Shown here: piece after piece, positions 49,454 to 63,690 of the stretch
Numbering within the stretch: position 1 is the first letter of the stretch
Layout: each line of letters opens with the position of its first letter
Origin: Vicugna vicugna
Taxonomy: Eukaryota
Assembly: GCA_013265495.1 (NCBI GenBank)
Contig: MU061579.1
Span: 6,734,124 to 6,798,123 of the forward strand
DNA: 64,000 nt
Direction of reading: 5' to 3'
Made by a program: the position numbers and the translations under genes
The notes under the pieces: model-generated
Seen by the model: the letters and a program-made list of their open reading frames with translations, nothing else
Told to the model about the DNA's origin: nothing
Databases searched by the model: none

Positions 49454-51883
49454 TTGGTCTAGTAAATAAATTGCTGAGAGGAAATCGAAAAGGCTATATT
49501 CCAACGGACGGTTCTACTTCATTGACACTTTGAAAAATGGGAAGGTTCTCATCACTCTCTTCATAAGGAAGTATGGTTTATATCAAACCAGCTTCAGATG
49601 GAGCAGAGAAAGCAATGAAGTTGGGCTTCCACAAATAGAATATTGGAGGTTTAGGTTCAAAACAATGGGCAATTTATAGAAAATAGGGGTCACCCCTATA
49701 GTCTTCTTCACCCTCACCTCTTGTGTTTTCATTGCCATTTTCTTCCTCAGGCCACAGATACCCACTGCCCTGGCTCCTGCTTTGCTTTTCCTTTATTACA
49801 ACATTGAATCTTTAGTTTCAATAAAATATTGATGTGCTCTCCTAGAAAGGCAGCCCAAACTTTGATACTTTCTTTGAATTATGTGCAGGATGCTGTAGAG
49901 CTGCAGCTCTCTCAGGATGACCCCTAATATGCCTCCTCCAGGAAAGCAGTTAATGTGCCCTTCCAATTTCATGGGGCTGTTACTTTTATTGACATTTATC
50001 CTGGAAGCCAAAGAAAGTTACATGATCTCAATAATGACGGAGTTGCCTTGTGAGATTGTGCAGGACATAAATATTCATTAGAACTAAGCCTTGTGTCTTC
50101 CTGAAAGTTGACTAGGTAAGGTCAGTAAGAATTCATGTTGGAAATGTGTTCATCTGAACCAAATAATGAATCCATTTGTCATAATGATTAACATGGAGAG
50201 AGCAATTATAAATGAGAGAAATGTTTTCCTTTTATTAAACTTTTGCTTGCTTATAGTGTATCCTACCAATGAGCCAAGGGATTCATACGTATGGTAATTA
50301 CCAGGAATGCACAGTTTTATGCAGAAGGAATTTTATGCTTTCTCATAATTTATAAGACTTTAAGCCTTTTGATAAACCCCTGTTTATCACTTGGAAATAG
50401 CCATCCTCTTAGAAATGATGAGGGGGAAAGTGGTTTCTTTATTGGAAATTTTCTGGGTTTTCAAACTGGAATAATTTTTATAGTCTTTAGTAGTAGTTCG
50501 TAAGAGGAAAAGGTTGATGCAAAAATCTATTGAGAGCTGATCAGTAACATTATAACATCTAATTAATAAACCAATGTTGAAGCTGTGTTCTTTTTACAAA
50601 AGAAATGTTCTTCTACTTAAGACATTTATACATTTCTGTTATAACACTTTAAAACTATTTTTAAAGTCTTATAGTTTTAATGTTTCTTAAATATCTCTAA
50701 CTGCATGCTTAAATCACCATCTCTTTTACACACTCTCTTTCTCACTCTCTTTAAGAAGCAAAATATGCATCTGACAATGGTGAGTACTTTATCATGCCAT
50801 TTTAAATGATTCTATAATTTTTCTATTAATTACATAATCATAATCAAACAGTTTTGAGAATCTGAAATATGTATTAAAGCTTTTTCAAGCAAAGTTAACC
50901 CTGTTTCAAGGGAAAAATGCCTTTGGAGGAAGTAAATATGTTCAGCTGATTAGGAGAGCTATGATTTCCAACCTTGGATTACATAAAATGAAGACTTAGA
51001 GCTATTGTATGCAGAATCAAATGGAGATTGTAGAGAGAAACAGGAAGATTTTCTAAATGACAGATATTTATTATCTATATTATCATCTATATCTATATTA
51101 TGGTCCCAGGATTTTCTTCTCTTTCTCTGCCTTATAGCCTCTGAATTTCACCATCCCTTAAGGGAATTCTAGGGGACAGTCTGGTCCCCTATTCCCTGTG
51201 AAATGTGTGACTGATTTTCTGGAGGAGAATGGACAAGTCTGATTTCAACCTCTATTCACACCAAACTGTATCCATTAACTATTATTCACACCCTGTCATA
51301 TTTATGGGAAGGTAGAAACTTCAGTTTTTAATGTCATAAAAATTAGTTATTTTCTGCATTGTACAGTACACAAGGTGCTCGCAACATATATTAATATGGA
51401 TATTAATTGTCCTGCTAGTCACATTAGTGTTCATGACACTGTAAAAGTTGTTGCTTTTTCTCCCATTTAATTCAGTGCATCAGATACCTTAGATTATGTA
51501 GACATTGCCAGTACAGAAGGAAATTTTGCTCTTGCAAGTCGTTAGTGGTCTGCCCTTCTACTCAGTGTTACAGGTACAGTGCAGTCATAATTAGACTCGC
51601 TCGCTCCAGTTAGTCATCTTATAGTTAAATTACACATTTAACTACCAGCAGACATAAAATTATGTAGGTTGATGCATTAGAGGGAGAAAAGGGTGCCAAG
51701 GGAGGGCAGTCTGTGAATTTTCTGGGAAGAGCCCTCAAAGAGTATGGAAAAATACTCAATTTTTAAGCCAGTGAAGAAGAGGAATTCACAGTTCATGAAA
51801 GAGAAAAAAAGCGGTTTCCACAAATCAAAATAATGAGTTGGCCTCTTCCTGTTTCTGGAGCTGAGAAAGAAGACCCTTTCATC

Positions 51884-52082
51884 CAGTGATGTGCTAGAGC
51901 CAGCAGGTAATTAGGAAAGCCAATTGTGTGTGTCTCTTCCCAACTCCATCTTCAATGACATCACCTTGGTAGCTGTAAATCAGCAAGGTGTGAGTATTTA
52001 CACCATGGAAATTGTAAAACGCTACAAACCATGACATTATCTCCAGGGAGCTGATTGTTACACATATACCAATACACCTTTG
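51884..52082. mobile_element. MER63A-type hAT MITE
   Basis: CAGTGATGTGCTAGAGCCAGC...TCTCTTCCCAACTCC...GAGTATTTACACCATGGAAATTG...CGCTACAAA. Confidence 0.88.
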
Positions 52083-52764
52083 CTTCCATTAAAGGACTTA
52101 TTTGATGAATTGACTACCTGAGGAAATGTTGGCAGGATGCTCTGGCAAATATGTTAGACATACATTTCCCTGGCTGCTAACAGCTCTCAAGCAGCTCTCA
52201 CGTGGGTTAGTTACCAGTGATGAGACATTCATTAAGTGGAAGCATGTTAACTACACCATCATTCTTCCCATTCAGAAATGTTATTGTATTTGTCAGAACT
52301 CAACCTACCTCTTTCACAGTAACTATGTCTAAAAATGGCATAGCAGCCATTTTGAAATGTGCAGTGTTAACAAAGCTTGATTTTTTTTTCTGAATTTACA
52401 TAACCATTTGTTTTGGCAAAGTATAGACCAGGGCAGAATATGTTCAGCATGCTTACATTTAGGCACACACTTTGTTTTTTCCTAAAGGATGTTTTTGCCT
52501 TCTTTCTCTTGAAACTGAGAGGCCTGTGAATGACATTTGGCAGTGGGAGGCAGGATTTAATAAGTCTTGTCTTTAAGAAGGTGTGAGAAATGCCAAAAGT
52601 CACAAATAGACTGACTGTCTGAAGAGTATCACTAGGTAACTCCAGCATTAATGGATGCAAGCATCTACCCAGTTCACTTTAGATGTGACCTATAGAAATA
52701 GGAATTACTTATCCAGAGCAAAATTCATGGTACATGATCAAACTTTTATAGTTAGAAGATAAGG

Positions 52765-53213
52765 ATTTTTTAAATACACCTTTTAGAGCAGTTTTGATTC
52801 ACTGCAAAATTGAAGGGAAAGTACATAGTTAACATAAACTCCCTTCCCCCATACATGCACAGCCTCCCCTACTATCAGCATTCTTCACCAAAAGAACATT
52901 TGTTACAATTGATGAACTTACATTAAAACATCATTATCATCTCAAGTCCATAGCTTAAATTAGCGTTCATTCTTGGTTTGGTACATTATGTAGGTTTGGA
53001 CAAATGTATAATGATGTGTATCCACCTTTATAGTATCATATAGAATACTTTCACTGAACTAAAAATCCTCTGTGCTTCATCTCTATCTCCTTCCTTCTCC
53101 CCTAAGCCTTGGCAAATATTAATCTTTTTACTGTTCCTGTAGTTTTGCCTTTTCCAGAATGTCATATATTGTTGGAATCGTTCAGTAGGTAGCCTTTACA
53201 GATTGGCTTCTTT
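52765..53213 (-). mobile_element. L1MC-type 3' end
   Basis: TTTTAGAGCAGTTTTG...CATTTGTTACAATTGATGAAC...TTTGCCTTTTCCAGAATGTCATAT. Confidence 0.85.
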
Positions 53214-53400
53214 CTGTTTGTTTAGTTTTTTTTTTTAATTGAAGTGAAGTCAGTTACAATGTGTCAATTTCTGATGTATAATATAGCACAATGGCCCAGG
53301 CATGTGTATACACACATATATTTATTTTCATATTTTTTTCATTAAAGGTTGTTACAAGATATTGAACATAGTTCCCTGTATTATACAGAAGAAACTTGTA
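53214..53400 (-). mobile_element. Short younger L1 3' UTR fragment
   Basis: Poly-T, then GTTACAATGTGTCAATTTCTG...TTACAAGATATTGAACATAGTTCCCTG. Confidence 0.85.
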
Positions 53401-54141
53401 CCTTTACCTAATACTTGTATCTGTACTTATCTGCATCCATAATATCTTATATGTATATCAATATTCATATAGAGATATGGATACATCAATATAGACATAG
53501 CTATATATTGCCATAATGGCCAGTTAAAACAATATAAACATTTTATGCACCACTTTTTTTCTATAATCATTTGTATTTTTCTATAATCATTTGCATTCTA
53601 CAAAATACTACGATACCCTAGTGAAGGTCAGTGACAGCATGTATCATACATCTTTTGCTAGCAACAAAAGTACAGTAGTTGTTCAAATATTTATTATGGA
53701 ATATTTTATTAAATCATAACTTTTCATCTTTTGCAAGATGATTGATTTTTTGCAATTAGTTTTAAACCACTTGTCAATAGAAATGACTATCATTACAAAT
53801 TAACCAAAATTATAAGACTCTATTATACTAGAAGCAATAATTCACACATGCAACAGCACACTGACCCCTAGTAACCTTTGTGACTTACTGTTCCCAGGGT
53901 GTGACACTGAACTCCCATGAAGTAAGATGTTCCACTTTCTAGTTGTTTTAGACAAAAAATAAGAACAGTGAGTAACATTAATTTCTAAATATGTTTGTTG
54001 AGATAAAAGGTGAGTGGTAAATTTTGCAATTAAAAACTATGTTTTTTTTTATAGAAAATTTTCCATTTCGTGTATATACATTGTGAACCATATATTAAGT
54101 GATGTCATTGAAAAATCTTTAAGATCAAGATTACACATGAA

Positions 54142-55527
54142 GAAAAAAGATAGTCACTTCAGCAAGTGGTGTTGGGAAAGCTGGACAGATGCAGGTAAAT
54201 CAACGAAGTTAGAATACTCCCTCTCACCATACACAAAAATAAAATGGCTTAAAGACACTATAAACCTCCTAGAAGAAAACATAGGCAAAACATTTTCTGA
54301 CATAAATCTTAGTAATGTTCTCCTAGGGCAGTCTACCCAGGCAATGGAAATAAAAGCAAAAAAAGCAAATGGGACTTAAGTAAACTTACAAGCTTTTGCA
54401 CAGCAAAGGAAACCATAAACAAAACAAAATGACAACCTATGGAATTGGAGAAAATATTTGTAAATGATGCGACTGACGAAGATTTAATTTCCAGAATATA
54501 TAAACAGTTCATACAGTTTAATAACACCAAAAATAAAAACCCAATCCAGAATGAGAAGAAGTCCCAAACAAGCAGTTCTCTAGTGAAGACATACAAATGG
54601 CTAATAAGCACATGAAAAAGGGCTCAGTATCGCTTAGTATCAGAGAAATGCAAATCAAAACTACAGTGAGGTATCACCTCACACCAGTCAGAATGGCCAT
54701 CATTCAGAAGTCCAAAAATGATAAATTCTGGAGAAGGTGTGGAAAAAAGGAAACCCTCCTACACTGTTGGGATGCAGTTTGATGCAGCCATTATGGAAAA
54801 CAGTATGAAGATTCCTCAAAAAACTAAAAATAGACTTGCCATATAATCCAGCAATCCCACACCTGTGCATATACCCAGAGGGAACTCTTAGTTCATAAAG
54901 ATACATGCACCCCAATATTCATAGCAGCACTATATACAATAGCCAAGACATGGAAGCAACCTAAATGTCCATCAACAGATGACTAGATAAAGAAGTTGTG
55001 GTATATTTATACAGTGGAATACTACTATGCTGTAAAAAAGAATAAAATAATGTCACTTGCAGCAACATGAATGGACCTGGATATTGTCATTCTAACTGAA
55101 GTAAGCCAGAAAGAGAAAGAAAAATACCATATGATATCACGTATATGTGGAATCTCAAAAATAAAAAAAGAAAAGAAGGAAGGAAGGAAGGAAGGAAAGG
55201 AAAAAGAATACACTAATGAACTTATCTACAAAACAGAAACAGATTCACAGATACAGAAAACAAACTTAGTTACCAGCAGGGGAAGGGGGTGGGAAAGGAT
55301 AAATTGGGAGTTCGAGATGTGCAAACACTAACTACTACATATAAAATAGATAAAAGAAAAAACAAATTTCTTCTGTATAGTACAGGGAACTATATTCAAT
55401 ATCTTGTAGTAACTTATAATGAAAAAGAATATGAAAACAGGTATATATATGTATATATATATATGATTGAAACATTTTGCTGTATACCAGAAACAGACAC
55501 ATTGTAACTAACTATGTTTCAATAAAA
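54142..55527 (+). mobile_element. 5'-truncated lineage L1 (ORF2 C-terminus and 3' UTR)
   Basis: [43 protein letters not shown] motifs; A-tail. Imperfect TSD AAGATTACACATGAA (54127-54141) / AAAATTACACCTTAA (55528-55542). (GGAA)n at ~55175-55200. Confidence 0.92.
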
Positions 55528-57499
55528 AAAATTACACCTTAAAACAAAAGGAATATGGATGATGTGTTAGATTTGGACTCTGGAAAAATGATGGAAGAGC
55601 TGTAAACTGTCTTTGGAACCCATCCACCTCCCTCTCACTGTCCATTTCCAGCTTCCAGAATCTGTTCTCCCCCACCCACTCAGGGAAGTGTTCATGGTGC
55701 TCTGCAGCTCCCCAGCTCAATCTCATGCATCAGTGTCAAGCAGTCTCTCCTGCCTCACCTACTCTAAATCTGACTTCAGATTGAAAGATCAGAAAGCTAC
55801 TCCCAAATGACAACTTTTCAAATGTGCCCAAAAGATGCTAACATATTGATGGCTAGAAAATAGTATCAAGCTTCTCATTGGCATTCTTCTGTTCAATAAA
55901 ATGTCACTACAGTCTACAAAACAATGTCTAATTTGTAAAAATATTTGTTTTTCCCCATGGGACTCAGTTTAATGACTTTTATTTTGAATGGGAAAAAAAT
56001 GTGGCCCATAAAAATGTTTAACATTTTAACTGGCTTTCATTCAAGCGTAGTTAGATACAGATGAAGCTCCAGAGGCAAAGTAGGTATAGGTATGGACCCA
56101 AGCATGGGAATTGGCATAGACATAGGTCACCAGTACCTCACACCATTTTGTCTAAGGACTTCTCTCTGCTTTTTTCCCAAAACAAAACTCTCCTTTACAT
56201 AACTGTCTGCCCTCAGCCAAAAGTATCAGAAAAACGCCATCAGAGAAGTTTATTTTAAAAGCAGCTTTATAAAGAAATGGATATTTTGATCAAAGGAGTT
56301 TGAAACAGCATGACAAAATAAAGTCAATCATTTAGATTGATAGGCAGTGGTGAGCAGGTATTTGGGTAATGGGGCCAGTATCTTGTTTAAATTAAACTTT
56401 CTGTTATAAGCATGAGTACTGCAGTATTACATAAGTGCTCAACCAAATGTCAGAATTCTTTCATTCTTAGCTGTCTGCTCATTATGAGTAAGGCCAGCCT
56501 CCAAAACTCGAAAAGATTGAAAAGGACAGGACATTTACATTCACACATTAGGGAGAAAACATTTTTCTTGCATGTTCTGAAATATCAAAGCACCCACTAG
56601 CTTTAAACAGGAGGTTGCATTTTTGAAACGTAGATGGAATTGAGATTCTCATTTTGTACCTCTTTGTGAAAATGCAGATGGATTGACATTCATGGTCACT
56701 AAGTTCTGTTACCATAGATATGGTTTCAGTTGTACCAACCAGTGACAGATTGTGTATTTTATTACTTTATTTAAAATATCAAACATTTAAAAATATCCCA
56801 GCACTACACAACCTCACATATGAACATAATGATAATATTGTATCTACTTTAAACCATCTTAAGGTCACTGTGGCATTAAAAAAAAAATCTGTACCAAGAT
56901 TGTGAGGCTGAAAGCATGTTAGGTTAACTCAGCATGGTGGCTTGGCCTCCAGGGAACTCTGTAAGAAGTCAGAATTAAATAAATTTGTGATCCCATTAGT
57001 ACCCAGAGAAGAGTTAACCAAGTAACCAGATATTTCATTTGCTGTAATTCCACAGAACCTTAGCAAAGATAGAATAACCTAAACTTCTACCTAAACTTCT
57101 GAAAAAAGACGATTTTATTTGGTTTTACAGTGGAGGGCCACAGCTAGGAAAAAATTTACCAGTCAGAGAAATATGAACATTATTTTATTCTTCCCTACTA
57201 GACTAGTAAATTTTAAAGATCATGTTTTTATATTCCTATATTTCTCACAGAACAGAGCCTTGAATCTACTGAATGCTTCATGTATAATTTCAAATTAATG
57301 GTATATGTAAGTGGTTGACATTTTTATTAGGACCTAACACCAAGTAAATCTTAAATAATGACAGTGATTATCCCTGAACCCATATTGACTATGCATGTTA
57401 TTGGAGGGGTGTGTTGAGGCATACCCAGTGGCATAAAAAATAATGTATACATAGATCATAACTCTGAAAATTCATTATATGAGGATAAGCTCTTTCAAT

Positions 57500-58815
57500 T
57501 CAACTAATAATTCAATCCAGTGAACTTTGGGTATGTTAGGAAACAAAGCACTCAAAAACCTCTACTTTCATTGATCTTATATCCTAATAGGAAGATACAA
57601 CTAATATATAGTAGATCTAATAAATGATTGTCTAGCGTGTTAGAAAGTTATAAATGCTATGGAACAAAGGAAAAAGCAGAGCAAAATAAGGGGATTTAAA
57701 ATCTTGAATGCAGGGATGTGGGCTGTTGTCAAGTTGCATCATTGAAAACAGTGGTCAAGGTAAGACTCATCAAGGTGAGATTTGAGCAAAGATTTGAGAA
57801 GTTGGGAGAGTGGCCAAGCAGGTGGTTGAAGGCAGAGCTTTCCAGGCAGAGGCAACCTCCAGAGCAAAGGTCCCGAGGTGAGAGTGTGCCTGATGTGCTC
57901 AAGGAGATGCCAGGGAGTAAATGTGGCTCTTTGGAGTAGAGGTGGCAGGGAAGAGGTCTGAGGGGTAGGTAACAGGAGAGCAGGCAAGATCATGTAGAGC
58001 CTGGCGGATGACTGTACAAACTAGCTTTCACCGAGTACAATGAAAAGCTATTGCAGAAGTCTAAGCAGAGAAACAATCTACTCAGATGTATGTTTTGAAT
58101 GTATCCCTGTGCTGCTGTATAGAGGAAAAACTGTAAGAAGACAAGGGTAAATACAAGGTTGACCAATTAGGATTATTGGAGTAACCCAGTAATAGCTGAT
58201 GGTGGTTTGGATAGTGGTAGAAATGGTGAAGAGGTGTTAAAAGTGGTCAAATTCTGGATATTGTTAGAAGTTAGAGTAAAAGGACTTCTCAATGGAGGAG
58301 TAAGGGTATGTGATAAACAGGAGGACCAAGGATGACTCCAAAGCATTTGGCCTGGGCAAATCCAAGGATGGAATTTCCCACCATTAGAATGAGGAAAACT
58401 ACATGAAAAAGATTAGATGTTCTGTTTTGGACATTAAGTCTATCTAGGATAGATGCAAGTGGAAATGTCAGGCAATTGGGTATATAAGTCTGAAGTAGAG
58501 GTGAAAGGTCTTGGCTGAGGGTTTAAATTTGAGAATTGTCAACATATTGATGGTATTGAAAGCCATCAGCCTGGATGAAACCAAGAGTTAGTGCGTGGAT
58601 TAAGGACCTAGCTCAAGATAAACAGGAGAACCAACAAAGGTGGCTGAGAAGGAGCAACCAGAGAGCTAAGAGAGAAGCAGAGTGTACGGGCTCAGAATCC
58701 AAGTGAAGAAAGTGCATCAAGGAAGAGTGAGCAGATTGGTCAAAACCTGTGATAGGTCAACTGAGATAAGGATGAAAATTTAGCTATTGGATTTAGTGAT
58801 ATGGAGCTCATTTAT
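57500..58815 (-). mobile_element. L2 (L2a-like) LINE fragment
   Basis: AAGGTGAGATTTGAGCAAAGATTTGA, TTCCAGGCAGAGGCAAC, GTGGTCAAATTCTGGATAT, AAGGATGACTCCAAAG, CCAAGTGAAGAAAGTG. Confidence 0.9.
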
Positions 58816-58940
58816 AAATTAAAATGTTCATTCTGATGACATGAGCTGTTCTTTGTACGCTGCCATTTTGCTCTACACGCAGAAGTTCCCTGCACCCAAG
58901 ATTTCTGTCTCTGACCTTGGTAGTTTCTTTCCTTCTTTCT

Positions 58941-59195
58941 TTTTTTTTTTTTTCCAGTCTTTTTTTTTTTTATTGACATATAGCCAATTACAGTATGTCA
59001 GTTTCTGGTGTGCAGCATAATGTCCCAATCTTGCGTATATATACATATATTCATTTTCATTAAAGGTTATTTCCAGATGTTGAATATAGTTCCCTGTGCT
59101 ATACAGAAGAAACTTGTTTTTTTATCTGTATTTATAGTGGTTAACATTTGCAAATCTCAAACTCCCAAATTTATCCCTTCCCACCCCCTGTCCCA
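58941..59195 (-). mobile_element. 5'-truncated lineage L1 3' UTR with TSD
   Basis: Poly-T plus L1 3' UTR. TSD TCTTTCCTTCTTTCT at 58926-58940 and 59196-59210. Confidence 0.88.
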
Positions 59196-62100
59196 TCTTT
59201 CCTTCTTTCTTTTCCCCTCTTCTTTCTTTTCTTTATAACTGAGCCTTTCTTTGGTGTATGGATGAATATTATCTTTCTCTTAATTCCTTGAATTTCTTAT
59301 ATTTGTTTTAAACACTTTCTCTGCACATGCTTTTTAATGCCCATAATTTTTTACCTTTAATTCCGCTTTACATTTATAATGCAAAATTTAAATTCACCCA
59401 TTACTTTTTCATTTCTTAGTCTTGATTTTTTTAGGATTGTTTTTTCCAGATTATCTCACGTTTATGCTTTTATTTCAGCTGCTAACTTTTATAGGTAAGA
59501 TTATCTAGCATTATTCAACTTTCATATTTACTAGGGATCATAGGCAGTGAGTTATAATAGTTATTAAAAACAAAAATCTGTTTCTCTCCAGTCATTTTTC
59601 TGTTAGTTTGACAACATAGCTATATTCTTTCTGATGCATTAATTTTAGTCTTCCTGAGAAAACAATGTGATCTACACCAAGCTTTTTTTCTAACCCCTTC
59701 TCATTAATAATCTCCATGTTATATGCATTTTGCTCCTTTTTTAGGTATTGAAAAGTATTGCTTTCTTATTTTTTGTTTCTTTTATCTTTGGGAATCATAG
59801 TGTATTCATTTACCAACTCTGACTTTCATTCTGACTGATCTTTGTAATTTCTTATTTATTCGTATTTATGTCATCCTGCTATTATAGTTGCCTTTATACA
59901 TAACTGGAATGGCATTCCAGTTTAGTCAGTGTTCTCAAGGCAGTAAATGTCATATCACTGTGAAAATGAAACTGACCTAAAATAAATCTACATTAGAGAT
60001 TGCAAGAGGTGGCAGAACAGAGGTTATATGTGAATTGATAATTAGGAATATTAAAAATAGAGTTAAAGGGAGAAATTTACCAGTAAATGAAACACTGGAA
60101 AAGCCAATGCAAAGCCCTTCTGCATATGCAGTTCCAAGGCATTATTTATCTTACTCATAGTCCTACAGAGTTCTCAGAACTTTCCCATATGAATAAGTAA
60201 ATACATGTGAAAATACACATACACACTTAAACATCATGAAACATAAATGAAGCACAAGAGCATAAATTAATAAATGACCATCTTGCTCTCATCCTTTCAT
60301 ATTCTCATCCTGGCTGTGTTTATCTGCACAAACATTTTGACTTTTGATAGACCGTTTATTTCAACAAAGCAAATTATCGACTTACTCAAGGTAGTCAAAT
60401 TGCTTTGAAAACACTTTTGAATGTCATCAAATGCTTCACCAAACAGATTGTCTTCAAATGGCTTTTGTTTTCCAAATAAATAACTACCTGTGTGGCATAC
60501 TCTATGGTAGTACTTTAGTGTTTTGAAATGTTAATAAATGGAAAAATATCACTCAGAAGTCATTAATGCTCCAGAGATCCTTCTAAGGATTTAAAACATT
60601 TTAAGTAGTCCTCTCCCTGTAGGGAAACAAAAAAATCACTAATTTTTTTCTGAAAAAATGCTCTGAGAAATTCAAAAGTATTCTAACTGTGGTAGAAACT
60701 CGAAAGAAATAGAAGCCAGCCACTTTGTATGTGTATTATTTTCATTTTCGTCACATTCTTGAAGAATTTTCTGGAGACCCAAAATGATGCTAGATCCCAC
60801 AAAATGACAAATTAAATTTGAAATTGTTTCAAGTATTTTTCATAAGATGTTCTGGTTTCTTCAGGGTTTATAGGATTTTTTTCTGAAATAGCAGGGTAGC
60901 AAAGTGTACAGCAAGCATCACACTGAGTTCTGGGATATCAGTTCTCTCCAAAGTTGTTACAACTGGATGATTATTTCAACAACTCTTGCTTTGGGCTCCT
61001 GTATTATCCATTCCTCATCTCCTAATAGCCACTCCCTGAGTTCCCTGTGGAGAAAGACCCCTCCACATTGAATTTATAATAAATAGCATGCTTTAGATTG
61101 GAAATGTGTGAATATCTAAACCTATCTTCTCCAGATGCTGACAGGGGCCATCAGGTAGGTACTAGCTAGCTTAGAAGGAGGTATCTTATATGTAACATGG
61201 CCCAGGTCACTGAGATTTACTGCACTGGAATTTGTGTCTCCAGTCTGGAAATTAATAAAGCGTTAAGCTTTGTTTTCTTTGCTCATTGTTTCTTGTGCAT
61301 ACATTTCCCTCCAGAGCTTTGTCAGAAAGTGTGATTTGATCAGAGACAGGATTTTGGTATTTCTGGATCCCTGATCCATAATATCATATTAATACCAAAA
61401 CAAAAATTTCACCCTGTCTTCTGAAAGCTGTAGGTATGGTTGACTTTCAACTTTTGGATATTGATATACACAATTTTGACTAAAAAGGCATTTATCCAGG
61501 AATTGATTTCTCACCCAAGTAGGTTAGGAATATTTTTGAGAATTCATATCTGCAATGAAAATATCGTATTTGTGTTATCCTCCCTCTGAAGAGATTGCAT
61601 ATATCCATAAAGTGCTAACATGATACTGTGAACAACTTCCCCGTGTGTTTGTAGAAAATAGCTTTAACATTGAAACTTGTTCTTTAAAGCGAGAAAATTC
61701 ATGTTTAGAACATAATGGAGATAAATGTATAGGCAGATGGAAACCCCTAGCAAGTGTTATAGAGAGCAGAAAGCCTGTCTGAGAAATGTGAATTACTTTT
61801 TAAAAATTTAAAACCAAGTGCATCATTTTAGTTTCACCTTTAGTGCCCGGGTGACTAACAAGCCTCTCCATTTTCCCAAGGCTTCTTTATTTCATGGTGG
61901 TTCACCCTCTACTGACTGTCCCAAACAGAATGGTGAATTGTTTTTATCAATGATATGAATTAAATTTTTGTGAAAATAAGAATTTTGTCATTGATAACTC
62001 AGATAAGAAAAACTTTTAATCTGGGGGTAGAATTCATTAATTACATAATGAAAATGAAATTCAGTCAATATTAGAGAGGAAAAATTTTTCTGGATGCTGG

Positions 62101-62841
62101 AGAGACACATTTTTAAAAAAGAATTAACACTGTTTCAGGTATTTACACTCCTTAAAATATGGCAGATACTATGATTTACCATTTAAAACATGAAAATAAG
62201 CTTCAGTTGAAAGCCAGGCTTATATGTAACCTTGAAGAAGCACTTAACTATGAATTTTTCCAGGGGTGATGTAGTAGAATTGTTGATTCCCTTTGGTATG
62301 AATCAAATGGCTTCCATTTTAAATCCATTTTTGTGATCTAGGGATACCAGGAATGTTTTTTCTGACTATAAAAATACTTTTATCTAAGCAAAGTCCTCAG
62401 AATAAGTCCTCCAGCCTCAGAGCACACTGAAAATTTGAGTGTGATTTAAGCTTATGATGAAATAATAGTTACCAGGTTATAATTATCTGGAAAGTTGTTT
62501 TTTTCTATTATGAGGAAGAATTTTAAAGGCTGATGTGTTTTAAACTATGAAAACTCTCCTAAAATTATTTTTAATAAATCTAAGATCCATAAAGTTTCCT
62601 TGAGTTTTCTTGAGGAACTTTTTAAAGCATAGATAAATCCTTCTCTGGATTAAGTAGGATCGTTTGAAAACTGTTTTACTCTACTATATTATTGCTAGGA
62701 CAGTATCTCTCTTTGGTATAATGATGTTAGCATAAATTAAGGAGTATTGTAAGGAACTGTCATGTGAAAATTATTTTATTTACTCTGGATATATTGTTGA
62801 GGATACTTGTGACTACATAAAACAGTCTTGTTTTTGACATC

Positions 62842-63320
62842 TGTTAAAACTCACCAATCAACTGATACCAGCAAAACATCTGTAATCACACAAATATATG
62901 AAATTGTTTTGTTTAGTCTGCTATAGCAAGGGAGAAGACCCCCAGGGGACCATAAGGACCATCTTAGTAAAGGGAAGCTGGGAGAGGCTTCTTACAGGGT
63001 TTGGGCTAGTGCTAGACAATTCTGAAGATAGATTAGGGAGATGGGTTGGATGCTATCAAGAAGCAGAAACAATTCAGTGATGGAGTATCGCAATGACTTT
63101 TTTCCAGAAGCTAGATAGTTTAAACAAGGGTTATACTGTCAATGGAAGGAAGCAGAGACCATTGAAAAAGGAAACAATAGTCATTTTATGATTTCAGGAG
63201 AGCCTTGTCTGTATTTGGATAGAAAGTTTCCTCTGGCCTTGTCTACATCCAATGAAAGGGTGCTTGGTTTAGGTTAGGACCATCACTGATTGTAAGCAGG
63301 GTCATTTTATGTCCTCATAT
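62842..63320 (-). mobile_element. Old ERV1-like LTR (family uncertain)
   Basis: TGTTAAAACTC start; GCTATAGCAAGGGAGAAGACC...TTACAGGGTTTGGGC resembles antisense old ERV1 LTRs. Confidence 0.45.
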
Positions 63321-63690
63321 CCAAAGGGAATTTTTTTTTTCAGTTTTTACTCCCAAAGATACCTGTGTTTCTCCCCAGTCCCTGGTTTGTTTCCATCTTA
63401 TAAGTGCTGGAAATTGTTAAAGGGACTATAACTTGATCTTCAGTGATTGCTAGAAAGCTCAGAGGTTGATTTCCTACCCCAACTCTGTCAAGTTCATGAG
63501 ACAGAACAACTTTAGCATTAGCACACGTATCTTACACCAGTGTAACCACTAGCTTCATCTTATTTTTCCTACTCTACCCAGTTTTCTGGCTTCTATTTTT
63601 TTTAATATACATTGAAAATCATGTCAACTATTTTTGGGGTGGAGGTGATACCCTCCCTAGTAGGCCCCCAACAAATGTCCTTCTGCCTTG

